Part shown: positions 24,567-34,555 of the stretch, one piece after another
Layout of the letters: each line of letters begins with the position of its first letter
Position numbering within the stretch: the stretch's first letter is position 1
Assembly: GCA_964404795.1 (NCBI GenBank)
Contig: CAYOLI010000002.1
Coordinates: 7,766 to 71,765, forward strand
Source of the DNA: an uncultured Candidatus Saccharibacteria bacterium
GTDB lineage: Bacteria > Patescibacteriota > Saccharimonadia > Saccharimonadales > 2-12-FULL-41-12
Direction of reading: 5' to 3'
DNA length: 64,000 nt
Position numbers and translations under genes: made by a program
The notes under the pieces: generated by a model
Database searches by the model: none
Told to the model about the DNA's origin: nothing
What the model saw: only the letters and a program-made list of their open reading frames with translations

Positions 24567-25391
24567 ATGCTTGAGCAGATAATACATAAGTGGTTTAAAG
24601 TGCCTTATAAGTTACATGCCGAGATAATGAAAAACCCTATAAGGCCAAAAGCAACACTACTCCTTTTGCACGGCATCGGCAATAACAGTCATGCCTGGGA
24701 TGCCGTGATTAAGAAATTACCTAAGAACATTAGAGTTATAGCTATTGATTTGCTTGGGTTTGGCCAATCTCCAAAACCGAAAATAATCGAATATAATGCA
24801 TACCAGCAAGCAAGGTGCGTAATTAGAACCTATCTATCCTTAGGAAGCCCAAAGAAAATAATTATAGTCGGGCATTCTCTTGGAGCCCTAGTAGGAGTTG
24901 AGCTGGCTAAAAGATATCCGTTGCTAGTGCAATCACTAATACTTGTTAGTCCACCTTTTTATAGAGCCGAAGACCCGAGCACAAAAACTTTGCTCCCTCA
25001 ACCCGACGACGTCCTTAAAGATATCTACAAAGTAATTCTGAAAAAACCAAAAGAATTTGTAAAACTAGCAGATATAGCAATGAAATATAACCTTATCAAC
25101 GATGTATTTAATGTCTCCGATAAGAACATAGAAAGTTATATGAACACCCTTCAAGCATCAATAATCAATCAAAAATCTATGGAAATAGCCCAAGAACTAA
25201 CACTGCCGATCGAAATAATCTATGGAAAGCTAGACCCTATAGTGGTAACAAAAAACTTAAAATCGCTCGACTCAATAATGCCAAATGTCACTCTTAACTC
25301 GGCTTTAGCTACTCATGAGCTAAAAGGAGCGCTAATATCGGAAGTTACAAAATCAATCAACAATTTAGTTACTTTCGGATCCAAAAAATAG
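24567..25391 (+). CDS. alpha/beta hydrolase
   Basis: LLLHGIGNNSHAWD, plus the nucleophile elbow VGHSLGA. Confidence 0.75.
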   Translation: MLEQIIHKWFKVPYKLHAEIMKNPIRPKATLLLLHGIGNNSHAWDAVIKKLPKNIRVIAIDLLGFGQSPKPKIIEYNAYQQARCVIRTYLSLGSPKKIIIVGHSLGALVGVELAKRYPLLVQSLILVSPPFYRAEDPSTKTLLPQPDDVLKDIYKVILKKPKEFVKLADIAMKYNLINDVFNVSDKNIESYMNTLQASIINQKSMEIAQELTLPIEIIYGKLDPIVVTKNLKSLDSIMPNVTLNSALATHELKGALISEVTKSINNLVTFGSKK

Positions 25392-25444
25392 CAAGTAAGT
25401 AAGTTATATACGGGCTATAATTGAAACATAAACAGGAGTGGATC

Positions 25445-25843
25445 ATGAAAGGGTACGTAGTAAACATAGAAACAGAGGCAAAAGAGAATAGCAATTTTCG
25501 TAAAGTGCTATACACCGGAAAACATACCCAGCTGGTGCTTATGAGCTTACCTCCTAAAGGTGAGATTGGCCTTGAGATACACGAAGAAAATGATCAATTT
25601 TTTCGAATAGATGCTGGAACTGGCGCTGTGGTCATTGATGGAAACAACTATGACCTGAGGGACGGCAGTGCAGTTGTAGTCCCCGCAGGAGCAGAGCATA
25701 ACGTTATTAATACCTCTAGCACAGAAGATCTCAAACTTTACACCTTGTACTCTCCGCCACATCACAAAGATAGCATCGAACGACTAACCCGAGAGCAGGC
25801 CGAGTCAAATGAAGAAGAGTTCGACGGTCAAACTACCGAGTAA
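25445..25843 (+). CDS. cupin domain protein
   Basis: AGGAG SD before the ATG at 25445. Cupin motifs GLEIHEENDQFF...VVPAGAEHNVIN. Confidence 0.7.
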   Translation: MKGYVVNIETEAKENSNFRKVLYTGKHTQLVLMSLPPKGEIGLEIHEENDQFFRIDAGTGAVVIDGNNYDLRDGSAVVVPAGAEHNVINTSSTEDLKLYTLYSPPHHKDSIERLTREQAESNEEEFDGQTTE

Positions 25844-25851
25844 CAACACGC

Positions 25852-26661
25852 CTAGTAAATATAGCGAAAGGTGTTAGCTGGCACAGTACGTGTACTAACC
25901 ACACCAAATCCTTTATAGTTCATTTCACTAATAAATACCGTCCCGTCAGGGTTGACTCTTTCAACATAGACAACATGCATTCCTTGTTGGCCAATTGCTC
26001 CAACTCTTGGTACTGACCCGGCAGGAATACCCTGAACCGAAGCACGGGCTACCCAAGTATCAGCGTTACCAAGATTATTTGGTAAATCAGGACGCTTATT
26101 TTTTGCATACCACGTGCAATACCCGACGTAGTAGCTGTTACCTCCGCTTGACCCACGAGGATTTACAACAACTGGAGTATTTGATACCGATTTTGATTCT
26201 TGCTTGTTAACGCCCGAGTTAACAACCTGTGGTTGGGACACCTGGGGAAGAGAGCGCTCTACTAAAATTTCGTCGGATTTTGGTATATTTATCTCTTCGC
26301 CAACATGAATAATATTCGGGTCACTTATCTGTGCATTTTTATCATATATCCTACGCCAGGTCGTACCAAAGTTGTTCGCTATTGAACTTAGTGTATCTCC
26401 AGAGACAATAACATAACTTTGTTCTGCCGGTTCCGTTTCTACGGTTTTATTGTCGGTTTTCTTTATGCTGGCCTCTATAACTTCAAGACCACTATCTATT
26501 TGCTTTGTATCTTTGAATGCTTGTGTAATTGGGGCATCAGCACTCACTGTACTATTGTTGCTAAAAATTAAAGTACATAATAATATTAACCCCGCTAAAG
26601 CGGTGCTACGCATTAAAACCCTCCTAAAAACGTTTATTTGCTTAATTAATGCCGAATTCAA
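25852..26661 (-). CDS. secreted LysM + CHAP peptidoglycan hydrolase
   Basis: Signal peptide. LysM (YVIVSGDTLSSIANNFGTTWRRIYDKN...GEEINIP). CHAP (GYCTWYAKNKRP...MHVVYVERV) with Cys/His present. Confidence 0.8.
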   Translation of the reverse strand: MNSALIKQINVFRRVLMRSTALAGLILLCTLIFSNNSTVSADAPITQAFKDTKQIDSGLEVIEASIKKTDNKTVETEPAEQSYVIVSGDTLSSIANNFGTTWRRIYDKNAQISDPNIIHVGEEINIPKSDEILVERSLPQVSQPQVVNSGVNKQESKSVSNTPVVVNPRGSSGGNSYYVGYCTWYAKNKRPDLPNNLGNADTWVARASVQGIPAGSVPRVGAIGQQGMHVVYVERVNPDGTVFISEMNYKGFGVVSTRTVPANTFRYIY

Positions 26662-26813
26662 TTAATTAGTAAATTCGGACGTACATTTTCCACCTCACAT
26701 GAAAAAGCACGAATTTTTAGCATACACAACACAAATTATGTGTCAAATCTACCTCTGTAAAAAATATGTTATTGTTTTTACAACATTGCAATAACAGATG
26801 CAACTGTGGTCAA

Positions 26814-27533
26814 TTAAACAATACCGCCTACAAAATGACCAATAATGCCGGTAATCAACATTGCTAATCCACCCCCAATCAACACCCTTAAGGCGGCCCA
26901 AGTTTTGTTGCCGCCACCTATGTACGCACCCACAGCCCCAGAAATAGCCAGTGTAATCATAGCTGAAATTACAATTGGCCAAGCATTATGCCAATAAAGT
27001 GATGCTACTATGGGCCACATGGCACCAAAGGTAAACGCGCCGGCCGAAGCAATCGCTGCTTGTAATGGGTTCGCCATATCTGTTTCATCTATCCCAAGCT
27101 CGTCACGAGTATGGGCTGCTACAGCATCGTGGTCATGCAGTTGCTGAGCAACTTTTTTTGCAAGATCAGCATCAAGACCTCGCTCGACATATATCCTTGC
27201 TAGTTCTGCTTTTTCACCCTCTGGGTTTTTTTTGATAGATCGCCTCTCGATATCAATATCATGTTCTTCGCTATCACGCTGTGAACTCACAGAAACGTAT
27301 TCTCCTGCGGCCATCGATAGAGCTCCAGCTACAAGACCGGCAATTCCAGCGGTTAAAATAGCCGATTGCGTTGCGGTCGCTGTAGCAACACCAACCATCA
27401 AACCAGCGATTGAAACAACCCCATCATTCACTCCTAGTACAGCCGCTCTTAACCACTGAGAATTATGAGATTTGTGATCTTCATCATGCGGATCGCCGGC
27501 AATTACGATTTCTGTTACGTGTCTTCTGGTCAT
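26814..27533 (-). CDS. VIT1/CCC1 family iron/manganese transporter
   Basis: WLRAAVLGVNDGVVSIAGLMVGV, plus C-terminal TM helices. Confidence 0.8.
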   Translation of the reverse strand: MTRRHVTEIVIAGDPHDEDHKSHNSQWLRAAVLGVNDGVVSIAGLMVGVATATATQSAILTAGIAGLVAGALSMAAGEYVSVSSQRDSEEHDIDIERRSIKKNPEGEKAELARIYVERGLDADLAKKVAQQLHDHDAVAAHTRDELGIDETDMANPLQAAIASAGAFTFGAMWPIVASLYWHNAWPIVISAMITLAISGAVGAYIGGGNKTWAALRVLIGGGLAMLITGIIGHFVGGIV

Positions 27534-27700
27534 AGCCCATAATTATAGCAGGTCAAAATACTTAAATAGAGTATGTGGTTATTAGTTTTATTAGACGTTA
27601 CTGTTCTCAGGAGCAAATCAGACAAACTGTCTACAATAGTGCTTAGTTTGGTCAAGAAAAGAATCTAAAAGCCAAATTAAAGAAAAAGGGGGTATGATTT

Positions 27701-28135
27701 ATGAAAATCACCAAAAAAACAGCAACATCACTCGTTGCATTAACACTTGTTAGCGGAATAGGGCTTGCAGGCGTTAACACGATAGCAAGTGCCCAAGGCA
27801 ACCCAAAGCACCAAGATACTTTGGTTGAGAAAATAGCCAACAAATTCAACCTTAACAAATCAGATGTTCAGAAAGTTTTTGATGATAATCGTTCCGAAAA
27901 CGAAAACCGTCGAGAAGCCAAAGAAAAATCCAGATTAGATCAAGCCGTAAAGGACGGAAAAATTACAAAAGATCAGGAAGATAAAATTATTGCTAAGCTA
28001 AGAGAGCTTAGAGAACAAAAGAAAGACGAAAAAACCCAAAAACGCGATAAGCGTCAAGAACTAAAACAATGGGCTAAGGATAATAATATACCCCTAGAGC
28101 TCTTACATGCAGGCAAAAGACATCAGGGTCAATAG
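27701..28135 (+). CDS. secreted highly charged helical protein (hypothetical)
   Basis: Signal peptide ...IASAQG, followed by a K/E/D-rich sequence. Lies directly upstream of a two-component pair. Confidence 0.6.
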   Translation: MKITKKTATSLVALTLVSGIGLAGVNTIASAQGNPKHQDTLVEKIANKFNLNKSDVQKVFDDNRSENENRREAKEKSRLDQAVKDGKITKDQEDKIIAKLRELREQKKDEKTQKRDKRQELKQWAKDNNIPLELLHAGKRHQGQ

Positions 28136-28217
28136 TAACTAACTACTGTGATTGTATATTTTCTTACATAAATTTCAGAATATTCTCAGGTAAAATAAAT
28201 ATCCTAGGGGTAGCAAT

Positions 28218-28898
28218 ATGAGAATACTAATAGTAGAAGACGATCACAAAATTGCCGGCGCCATTAAAAGAGGCCTAGAAAGGCAATCGTACGCCGTAGA
28301 TATTTGTTATGACGCCGACAACGGGTTAGATATGGCTTTGCATGAGCCATATGATCTAGTTATTTTAGATAGAATGTTGCCTGGCAAGATCGATGGCATT
28401 GGTATTGTAAAAACAATGCGAAAAAAACAAAATCACACACCGGTTTTGATACTAACAGCAAAAGACGGAGTACTAGAACGAGCAGCTGGGCTCAACAGTG
28501 GGGCAGACGATTATCTAACTAAACCCTTTGCATTCGTTGAATTAATGGCAAGAGTACGTGCCCTTCTGCGAAGACCAAAAGAGTCGTTAGATAATATTTT
28601 GAAGTACAAAGATCTACAAATCGATACGGAAAACTTTATAGTTAGGAGAGGAGACAAAACAATAGATCTCACTCACCTAGAATTTGCTTTGCTGGAATTC
28701 TTTATGCGCAATAAAGAACGCACCCTCAGTAAAGACCAAATAATTCAAAATGTATGGGACTACGACGCAGATGTTCTACCCAACACGGTAGAAGTATACG
28801 TTGGGTATTTGCGTAACAAAGTCGACAGACCTTTCAAAGGCAAGCCGGACCTCATAAATACCAAGCGTGGTTTTGGATACTTTTTTGGCATAAAATAA
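28218..28898 (+). CDS. OmpR-family response regulator
   Basis: Receiver domain (MRILIVEDD...DLVILD...KPF) plus a winged-helix trans_reg_C domain (LT.LEF.LLEFFMRN...VDVYVGYLRNK). Confidence 0.9.
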   Translation: MRILIVEDDHKIAGAIKRGLERQSYAVDICYDADNGLDMALHEPYDLVILDRMLPGKIDGIGIVKTMRKKQNHTPVLILTAKDGVLERAAGLNSGADDYLTKPFAFVELMARVRALLRRPKESLDNILKYKDLQIDTENFIVRRGDKTIDLTHLEFALLEFFMRNKERTLSKDQIIQNVWDYDADVLPNTVEVYVGYLRNKVDRPFKGKPDLINTKRGFGYFFGIK

Positions 28899-28904
28899 TC
28901 ACCG

Positions 28905-29915
28905 ATGTTTAAGCAAACCTCTTTTCGTCTAACGGCTGTATACCTAACTATAATTATGGCTATTAGTATTGCCTTTAGCTTAAATCTGTATTTATTATCG
29001 TCTAATGAAATAAGGCGGGGGGTGATGCGCCAAGTACCACCCATTAATGTTATACAGAACGATCCTTTTGTAGCGTACTACCAAGATTCTTTACGTTCAC
29101 AAAGAGAACACGTCTTAGCCGATGCTAAAAATCGCTTGGTATTACGACTGGTAAGCGTCAACTTGATAATCGTAGTCGTTGGCGGACTATTTAGTTATCT
29201 GCTGGCTCGGCGTACCCTGCGCCCAATAGAAGAAGTGCATATCGCACAAAGTAGGTTTGTAGCAGATGCTAGCCACGAACTAAAAACACCTATAACCGCT
29301 ATGCGGGCTGAGGCGGAAGAAGTCTTATCTGACACAAAATTGTCTAGCAAAAAAGCCAAACAAATTCTAAGAAGTAATATTGAGGAGCTAGATAAACTTA
29401 GCGCTCTTACTGATGGCTTACTCAGATTAGCCCGACTAGACAATAAAGAGTATCAAAAGGAAGCAGTCGAGGTTAATCCACTAGCCCAAAGCGCAATTGA
29501 CAAAGTACTACCTCTGGCTGAAAAGAAGAAAATTTTAATTAATCCAAAAATTGATGAGGTCTCAGTTTTAGCAGACAAAACACTCCTGGGAGAAATGCTA
29601 GTAATCCTACTTGATAATGCGATTAAGTACAGTCCAGAAAAATCAGAGATCTTATTAAGTATTTTAAAAGAAAAAAATAACCTCAAAATAATCGTAGCCG
29701 ACAGCGGGGTTGGTATTTATCCAGCCGATATACCGCATATTTTTGATCGTTTTTACCGAAGCGACCTCTCGAGAAGCAAAAACGACACGAACGGTTATGG
29801 GCTGGGTCTTTCAATTGCAAAAAGTATTGTCAAAAAACACTCGGGAACCATCGAAGTACTCAGTCGAGTGAATGAAGGGTCTACATTTATAGTAAGCATC
29901 CCTGGTGCATTATAA
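28905..29915 (+). CDS. sensor histidine kinase (2 TM, HisKA + HATPase_c)
   Basis: H-box FVADASHELKTPIT; N/G boxes LLDNAIKYS, DSGVGI, GYGLGLSIAK. Confidence 0.9.
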   Translation: MFKQTSFRLTAVYLTIIMAISIAFSLNLYLLSSNEIRRGVMRQVPPINVIQNDPFVAYYQDSLRSQREHVLADAKNRLVLRLVSVNLIIVVVGGLFSYLLARRTLRPIEEVHIAQSRFVADASHELKTPITAMRAEAEEVLSDTKLSSKKAKQILRSNIEELDKLSALTDGLLRLARLDNKEYQKEAVEVNPLAQSAIDKVLPLAEKKKILINPKIDEVSVLADKTLLGEMLVILLDNAIKYSPEKSEILLSILKEKNNLKIIVADSGVGIYPADIPHIFDRFYRSDLSRSKNDTNGYGLGLSIAKSIVKKHSGTIEVLSRVNEGSTFIVSIPGAL

Positions 29916-29923
29916 TGTAAAGC

Positions 29924-30841
29924 ATGACACCAGATAACTTCACAATTGACGAACATATGCTACCTGTTGGAAATGGTCATAAAATCTATATTTATGATTG
30001 GGGCAAAAAAGATGCTAAATTGCCGGTACTGTTTCTGCATGGTGGACCGGGCGGCGCTACTAATGATAAGTACAAACAGCGCTATGACCCAACAAGACAA
30101 CGAGTTATCTTTTTCGATCAAAGAGGGGCTGGGAAAAGCACGCCTATCGGATCATTAGCCCACAATACTACCAATGAGCTAGTCGAAGATATTGAGAAAA
30201 TTGCAGAGCATATGCAACTTAATAAATTTATAATCGCAGGTGGATCGTGGGGCTCATGTCTTGCATTGGTGTACGCAATCCGCTACCCAAAGCGAATCCA
30301 CTCTATGGTTCTCGGTGGGATTTTTACCGGTACAAAAGAAGAGGTTAGCTATCTATTTAACGGAGGTTATAAAAAATTTTTTCCAGAAGTTTGGCAGACA
30401 TTTTTAGATAGAACACCAAAAGAATACCACAAGAACCCGGCACAGTATCACTACAAAATGGCCTTCGGCAATAATAGTGTAAAAGCCAAGAAGTCAATAT
30501 ACGCAATGGCAGAAGTCGAACACTCCTTAATGTCTTTGGACGACCGACATTCGCCTTGCAACTTTGAAGAGTTCGAGCCAGATGCAATGAAAATTGAACT
30601 TTTCTATACTCTCAATAATTGTTTTTTACCAAACAAATATATTGAGAAAAATGCTGACAAAATCAATGTACCCACTTGGTTTGTGCAAGGAAGGTACGAT
30701 GCAATCTGCCCGCCACACACGGCTTTTGAAATTAGTAATCTAATGCCAGACTGCAAACTCATATGGACTACAGCAGGACACGCCAATGATCGAGCCAACT
30801 ACGATGTTGCTCGCACTATATTATTGGCCATCACTCAATAA
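29924..30841 (+). CDS. pip: prolyl aminopeptidase (proline iminopeptidase)
   Basis: LFLHGGPGGA...FFDQRGAGKSTP...GGSWGS signature. Confidence 0.85.
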   Translation: MTPDNFTIDEHMLPVGNGHKIYIYDWGKKDAKLPVLFLHGGPGGATNDKYKQRYDPTRQRVIFFDQRGAGKSTPIGSLAHNTTNELVEDIEKIAEHMQLNKFIIAGGSWGSCLALVYAIRYPKRIHSMVLGGIFTGTKEEVSYLFNGGYKKFFPEVWQTFLDRTPKEYHKNPAQYHYKMAFGNNSVKAKKSIYAMAEVEHSLMSLDDRHSPCNFEEFEPDAMKIELFYTLNNCFLPNKYIEKNADKINVPTWFVQGRYDAICPPHTAFEISNLMPDCKLIWTTAGHANDRANYDVARTILLAITQ

Positions 30842-31121
30842 GCCATTCTGCAGTAAAAAACCTTACAAAAATACTGTAAAAAAGTTAATAGTACTGCAAG
30901 CAATCAAGCGTTAGTATTAAGTTGTATTGATGATTATTGTGTAATTGGGGCATCAATACGGTCAACTTTACAACAAAGGGCACTAAGCAGTTCGAAGCTG
31001 GAGATAAATGATTAATATATCCAGCTCAACGTCACGATTCGAACTAGTCAGGTGCTCTTTGTTATTTGTAATATTTTTTACGCATTATTTTATGTATCTA
31101 TACTATTCTGGTACTTGATTC

Positions 31122-32870
31122 ATGTTTTATGTAGAACTTCCGAAGGCCAAAAAACAGGTCGAAAGCTTATTGATTCACCTACTGCCAACTCTGATAATTT
31201 TTTTGGTACTAGTAGGTGTAACTTTTTTAGCGTGGGGAAATGCAAAATCTAGGGTCAACCAAGAAAGACAAGACATTGTAAACACCAATACTTTCGGAGT
31301 AAAAAACCGGATAGACGACCACATAAAGACCTACGAAGAAATCCTGCGGGGAGCGGGCGGGCTGTTTGTCACATCAGATACAGTTACAATGCAGGACTGG
31401 AAAGATTACGTTAAATTTTATGAAATCGAAAAGAACTACCAGGGGATTCAGGGAGTGGGATATGCTCCAAAGATTGAAAGTGGTCAACTACCGACCTTTT
31501 TGCAAGCGACAAATGAGTTCCTCCCAGGATATAGCATAACTCCAGCGGGTGAACGACCATATTTTATTCCGGTATTATACTTTGAGCCATCTCTACCTCA
31601 GTCGAAATATGGATACGACCTATCCACAGATAAAGAAAGGTCTCTGGCTATCAAGCAAGCGACCGAAACTGGAACTTTTGCAATCACTACTCAAGTTTTT
31701 ACCATCAACGACACAGAGCACAAGTATCCAAGCTTCATTATGTATTATCCAATTTTTGAAAAAAACAAGCCGTCGACTACACCGAGTGGACGCCAAGAAA
31801 ACGTAGCAGGATACGTATTTGTGGCACTCCGCATAAAGTCACTATTTTCAGACGTAGAGATCGATCAAAATCACCTTGGTTTCAGAGTATTTGGTAGTAG
31901 TGAACATAACAACTCCAATAAACTATACGAGACAAACAACTTTGATCACCTAAGCAAAACCAAAAACAGTAAAATTACGACTACTTCGCTTGATTTTTAT
32001 GGACAAAAATGGGTTTTTGATTTTGTTAATACACCCGGTATTGGTACGCCAGAAGTCAGACAAAAACCAAATACAATCCTAGTAGCTGGATTGATTGCTA
32101 GCTTTCTGGTATCGGCGTTAGTCTATTCGATTATGTTATCAAGAACGAAAATACTTTCTTATAACGAAGAAGCAAAATTACAGGGAGCTAAGGACGAACT
32201 TCTAGCGTTGGCCTCTCACCAACTAAGAACGCCTGCAACTGGCGTAAAGCAATACATCGGAATGCTTCGTGATGGTTTTGCAGGAAAACTAACAAAACAA
32301 CAAAAGCAATTATTAGATAAAGCATACGAGAGTAACGAAAGACAACTTGCAACCGTAACTCAGATGCTCTCAGTAGCAAGGATTGATGCTGGTCAACTAA
32401 GATTCGATATGCATAACACCGACGTATCCAAACTACTAAGAGACGTCATTGACGAACAACGCTCGCTACTTACAAACAAGCGCCAAAAACTTAATACTGA
32501 AATTACGAAAAATATTATGGCCAAGATTGATAGACAACACTTTAGAATGGTACTGGAGAACTTACTCAATAATGCGTCCAAATACACTCCATCGGGTGGT
32601 ACCGTATCTATCCAGTTAATAGATGAAAACGAGACATTCAGCTTTATTATTGAAGACAGTGGAGTAGGCATAGATCAAGAGGACATTCCATTGCTTTTTC
32701 AAAAATTTGTGCGAATATCAAACAAACTAACTAAAAAAGTCTCTGGCAGTGGACTTGGCCTATACCTAGCAAAAAATATTGTCGAAGCACACTCTGGCAC
32801 CATTTATTTTGAGCCCGCACATCAGAAGGGAACTATCTTTACCGTTACAATTCCAAAAGATAACAAGTGA
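31122..32870 (+). CDS. CHASE-domain sensor histidine kinase
   Basis: Periplasmic domain between two TM helices with a CHASE-like pattern (YQGIQGVGYAPKI...). H-box ALASHQLRTPAT; HATPase DSGVGI...GSGLGLYLAK. Confidence 0.8.
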   Translation: MFYVELPKAKKQVESLLIHLLPTLIIFLVLVGVTFLAWGNAKSRVNQERQDIVNTNTFGVKNRIDDHIKTYEEILRGAGGLFVTSDTVTMQDWKDYVKFYEIEKNYQGIQGVGYAPKIESGQLPTFLQATNEFLPGYSITPAGERPYFIPVLYFEPSLPQSKYGYDLSTDKERSLAIKQATETGTFAITTQVFTINDTEHKYPSFIMYYPIFEKNKPSTTPSGRQENVAGYVFVALRIKSLFSDVEIDQNHLGFRVFGSSEHNNSNKLYETNNFDHLSKTKNSKITTTSLDFYGQKWVFDFVNTPGIGTPEVRQKPNTILVAGLIASFLVSALVYSIMLSRTKILSYNEEAKLQGAKDELLALASHQLRTPATGVKQYIGMLRDGFAGKLTKQQKQLLDKAYESNERQLATVTQMLSVARIDAGQLRFDMHNTDVSKLLRDVIDEQRSLLTNKRQKLNTEITKNIMAKIDRQHFRMVLENLLNNASKYTPSGGTVSIQLIDENETFSFIIEDSGVGIDQEDIPLLFQKFVRISNKLTKKVSGSGLGLYLAKNIVEAHSGTIYFEPAHQKGTIFTVTIPKDNK

Positions 32871-32936
32871 GATATTTTACAGAATATCAATCAATTAACG
32901 TTTTAATATAAGGTCTTGATTTTATAGCGAGGATAA

Positions 32937-33320
32937 ATGGCAAAAATATTAATAGTAGAGGACGAACATACTCTAAATGAGGCATACCAGTTAATTCTGG
33001 CAAGCACCGATCACCAAATAAAAGCTGCGTACGACGGGTTAGAGGCGCTGAAGATTACCAAAAAATACGAACCAGATCTTATCTTGCTTGACCTAAGAAT
33101 GCCCAGATTGAGCGGTATTGAGTTTCTCAAGAAGTTTGACCCTACCAATAAACACCCAAAAACCAAAATAATTATTTTTAGCAACCTAGACATGGAAGCC
33201 GAGATCGATCAAGCATATAACCTTGGAGCACACAAATATATCCTAAAGGCCTGGGCCTCGCCAAAAGAGTTACTACAGGTTATAGATGACGTTCTTGCTC
33301 AGACGAATAACGTAAATTAA
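32937..33320 (+). CDS. stand-alone receiver (CheY-like) response regulator
   Basis: MAKILIVEDE...DLILLDLRMP...KAW; no output domain. Confidence 0.85.
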   Translation: MAKILIVEDEHTLNEAYQLILASTDHQIKAAYDGLEALKITKKYEPDLILLDLRMPRLSGIEFLKKFDPTNKHPKTKIIIFSNLDMEAEIDQAYNLGAHKYILKAWASPKELLQVIDDVLAQTNNVN

Positions 33321-33969
33321 TTCCCTTAAAACTATCCTCTCCCATGGCTTCGAGCAACTTAGCCGAATGTACACTATAGCGCTGATTGGAATAATTGATA
33401 ATTTTTTTGCGACGCAATTTATTCAGCTCGACCGCAACCGTCTCGCGAGTAAGACCAACCAAGCTAGCAATACTTTGATGAGTGAGTTTGAGCGTTATTT
33501 CACTACTAACCCCTTTCGGCTGACCGTATAGTCGACTAAGGTAGTAAAACGTATAAAGTAGCTTGTCGCTGGCTTTCGCTTGCTCGAGCGCTGTAACACG
33601 TATCAGCGAGGCCGTATAATCTGTTATGTACCTATCCAGAAGAAATTTCGTAACATGTTGGTTAGAATCAATATATTCCATAAGTACATCTCTTTGAATT
33701 AAATGTAGTTTGCAGTCCGTAACAGCTTCATAAAAATGCACTGCCCCTGAGGTTTTTTTGAACACCCAGGACGGAGCAAGGATATCTCCTTCAATATGAA
33801 AACTAAAAATTTGCTCCTCGCCCTGATGCGATATATTGAATGACTTAGCAACCCCTTCGGTAAGTATAAATGCCCCTCTTGGGACTTCCCCCTGATATAA
33901 AATTGTAGACCCTGCGTTATAAGATCGTGACTGACCTTTATCAAGAATTGCTGTTAGTGCTCTGTGCAC
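33280..33969 (-). CDS. Crp/Fnr family transcriptional regulator
   Basis: cNMP-binding-like beta-barrel (ILYQGEVPRGAFILTEG) plus a C-terminal HTH (LTHQSIASLVGLTRETVAVELNKLRRKKII). GTG start. Confidence 0.8.
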   Translation of the reverse strand: MHRALTAILDKGQSRSYNAGSTILYQGEVPRGAFILTEGVAKSFNISHQGEEQIFSFHIEGDILAPSWVFKKTSGAVHFYEAVTDCKLHLIQRDVLMEYIDSNQHVTKFLLDRYITDYTASLIRVTALEQAKASDKLLYTFYYLSRLYGQPKGVSSEITLKLTHQSIASLVGLTRETVAVELNKLRRKKIINYSNQRYSVHSAKLLEAMGEDSFKGINLRYSSEQERHL

Positions 33970-34027
33970 AAAATTTTCCCTTCTATACCTCTCGTTCTTT
34001 AATTGTATCTGAAAAGAAAGGTAATTG

Positions 34028-34043
34028 TGTAATTTTTATTACA
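34028..34043. promoter_or_regulatory. candidate Crp/Fnr-family operator, TGTAAT-TTTT-ATTACA (TGTA-N8-TACA)
   Basis: Perfect 6-bp inverted arms in the divergent intergenic region between the Crp-family gene and a small-ORF operon. Confidence 0.45.
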
Positions 34044-34123
34044 AAAAACATGTAATAAACTTCGCTGAAATAGGGCTAATATAAGCGTTAGTATAAAAGT
34101 GCTAAAGCATGAAGGAGGCAACC

Positions 34124-34297
34124 ATGCAGGCACAAATGACACCTAAAGAACTAGAAAGTCGAATCCGGGACTTTAACCAACGAAAAAGGGGACGTCTACA
34201 GGAATTAGAGGATCTTGATATTCATATCGAGAGTCCACAAAAGAACCGGCTACTAGATATCCGAGGGTGGTTCAAACTAGTCACAATGGCTAATTAA
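34124..34297 (+). CDS. small hypothetical protein (57 aa)
   Basis: AGGAGG SD 6 nt before the ATG at 34124. Charged helical sequence MQAQMTPKELESRIRDFNQRKRGRLQELEDL... Confidence 0.5.
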   Translation: MQAQMTPKELESRIRDFNQRKRGRLQELEDLDIHIESPQKNRLLDIRGWFKLVTMAN

Positions 34298-34322
34298 GTA
34301 GCGTAAAATACGGAGGGCAACT

Positions 34323-34424
34323 ATGTACTACGCGTACAATCAGCGACCATATAAACGACAAAAATATCACTTCAATGTTGGTAGTATCGAGCAAGTTTTA
34401 AGCGATCTTGGCGATACAGCATAA
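34323..34424 (+). CDS. very small ORF (33 aa), candidate only
   Basis: GGAGGG SD 5 nt before the ATG (MYYAYNQRPYKRQKYHFNVGSIEQVLSDLGDTA), followed by a terminator hairpin. Confidence 0.3.
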   Translation: MYYAYNQRPYKRQKYHFNVGSIEQVLSDLGDTA

Positions 34425-34446
34425 TACTTAATTAATATCAGGATGA

Positions 34447-34476
34447 AAACACGGTCTTATGACGGCCGTGTTTTTG
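34447..34476 (+). terminator. intrinsic terminator after the small-ORF pair
   Basis: AAAACACGG...CCGTGTTTTT: an imperfect GC-rich hairpin followed by a T run. Confidence 0.6.
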
Positions 34477-34555
34477 TGTATTACTACTTGCAAAGCCAAT
34501 TTATGAGAGTATAATCATAAGTAGTTATTAATTAACATAAAAACTCCATAGTACT

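Noticed and set aside
30842-31121. Inverted repeats CTGCAGTA...TACTGCA (30848-30897) and GCTGGA...TCCAGC (30998-31026) in the pip / CHASE-kinase gap.
   Set aside because: The arms are short (6-7 bp) with 17-40-nt loops and no following T run. I cannot distinguish them from chance.
33280-33320. The 41-bp overlap of the convergent receiver and Crp-family genes, as a possible sign of a mis-called end or a frameshift.
   Set aside because: Both frames are continuous and both proteins are complete in their domains before the overlap. Short convergent 3' overlaps are plausible in compact genomes.
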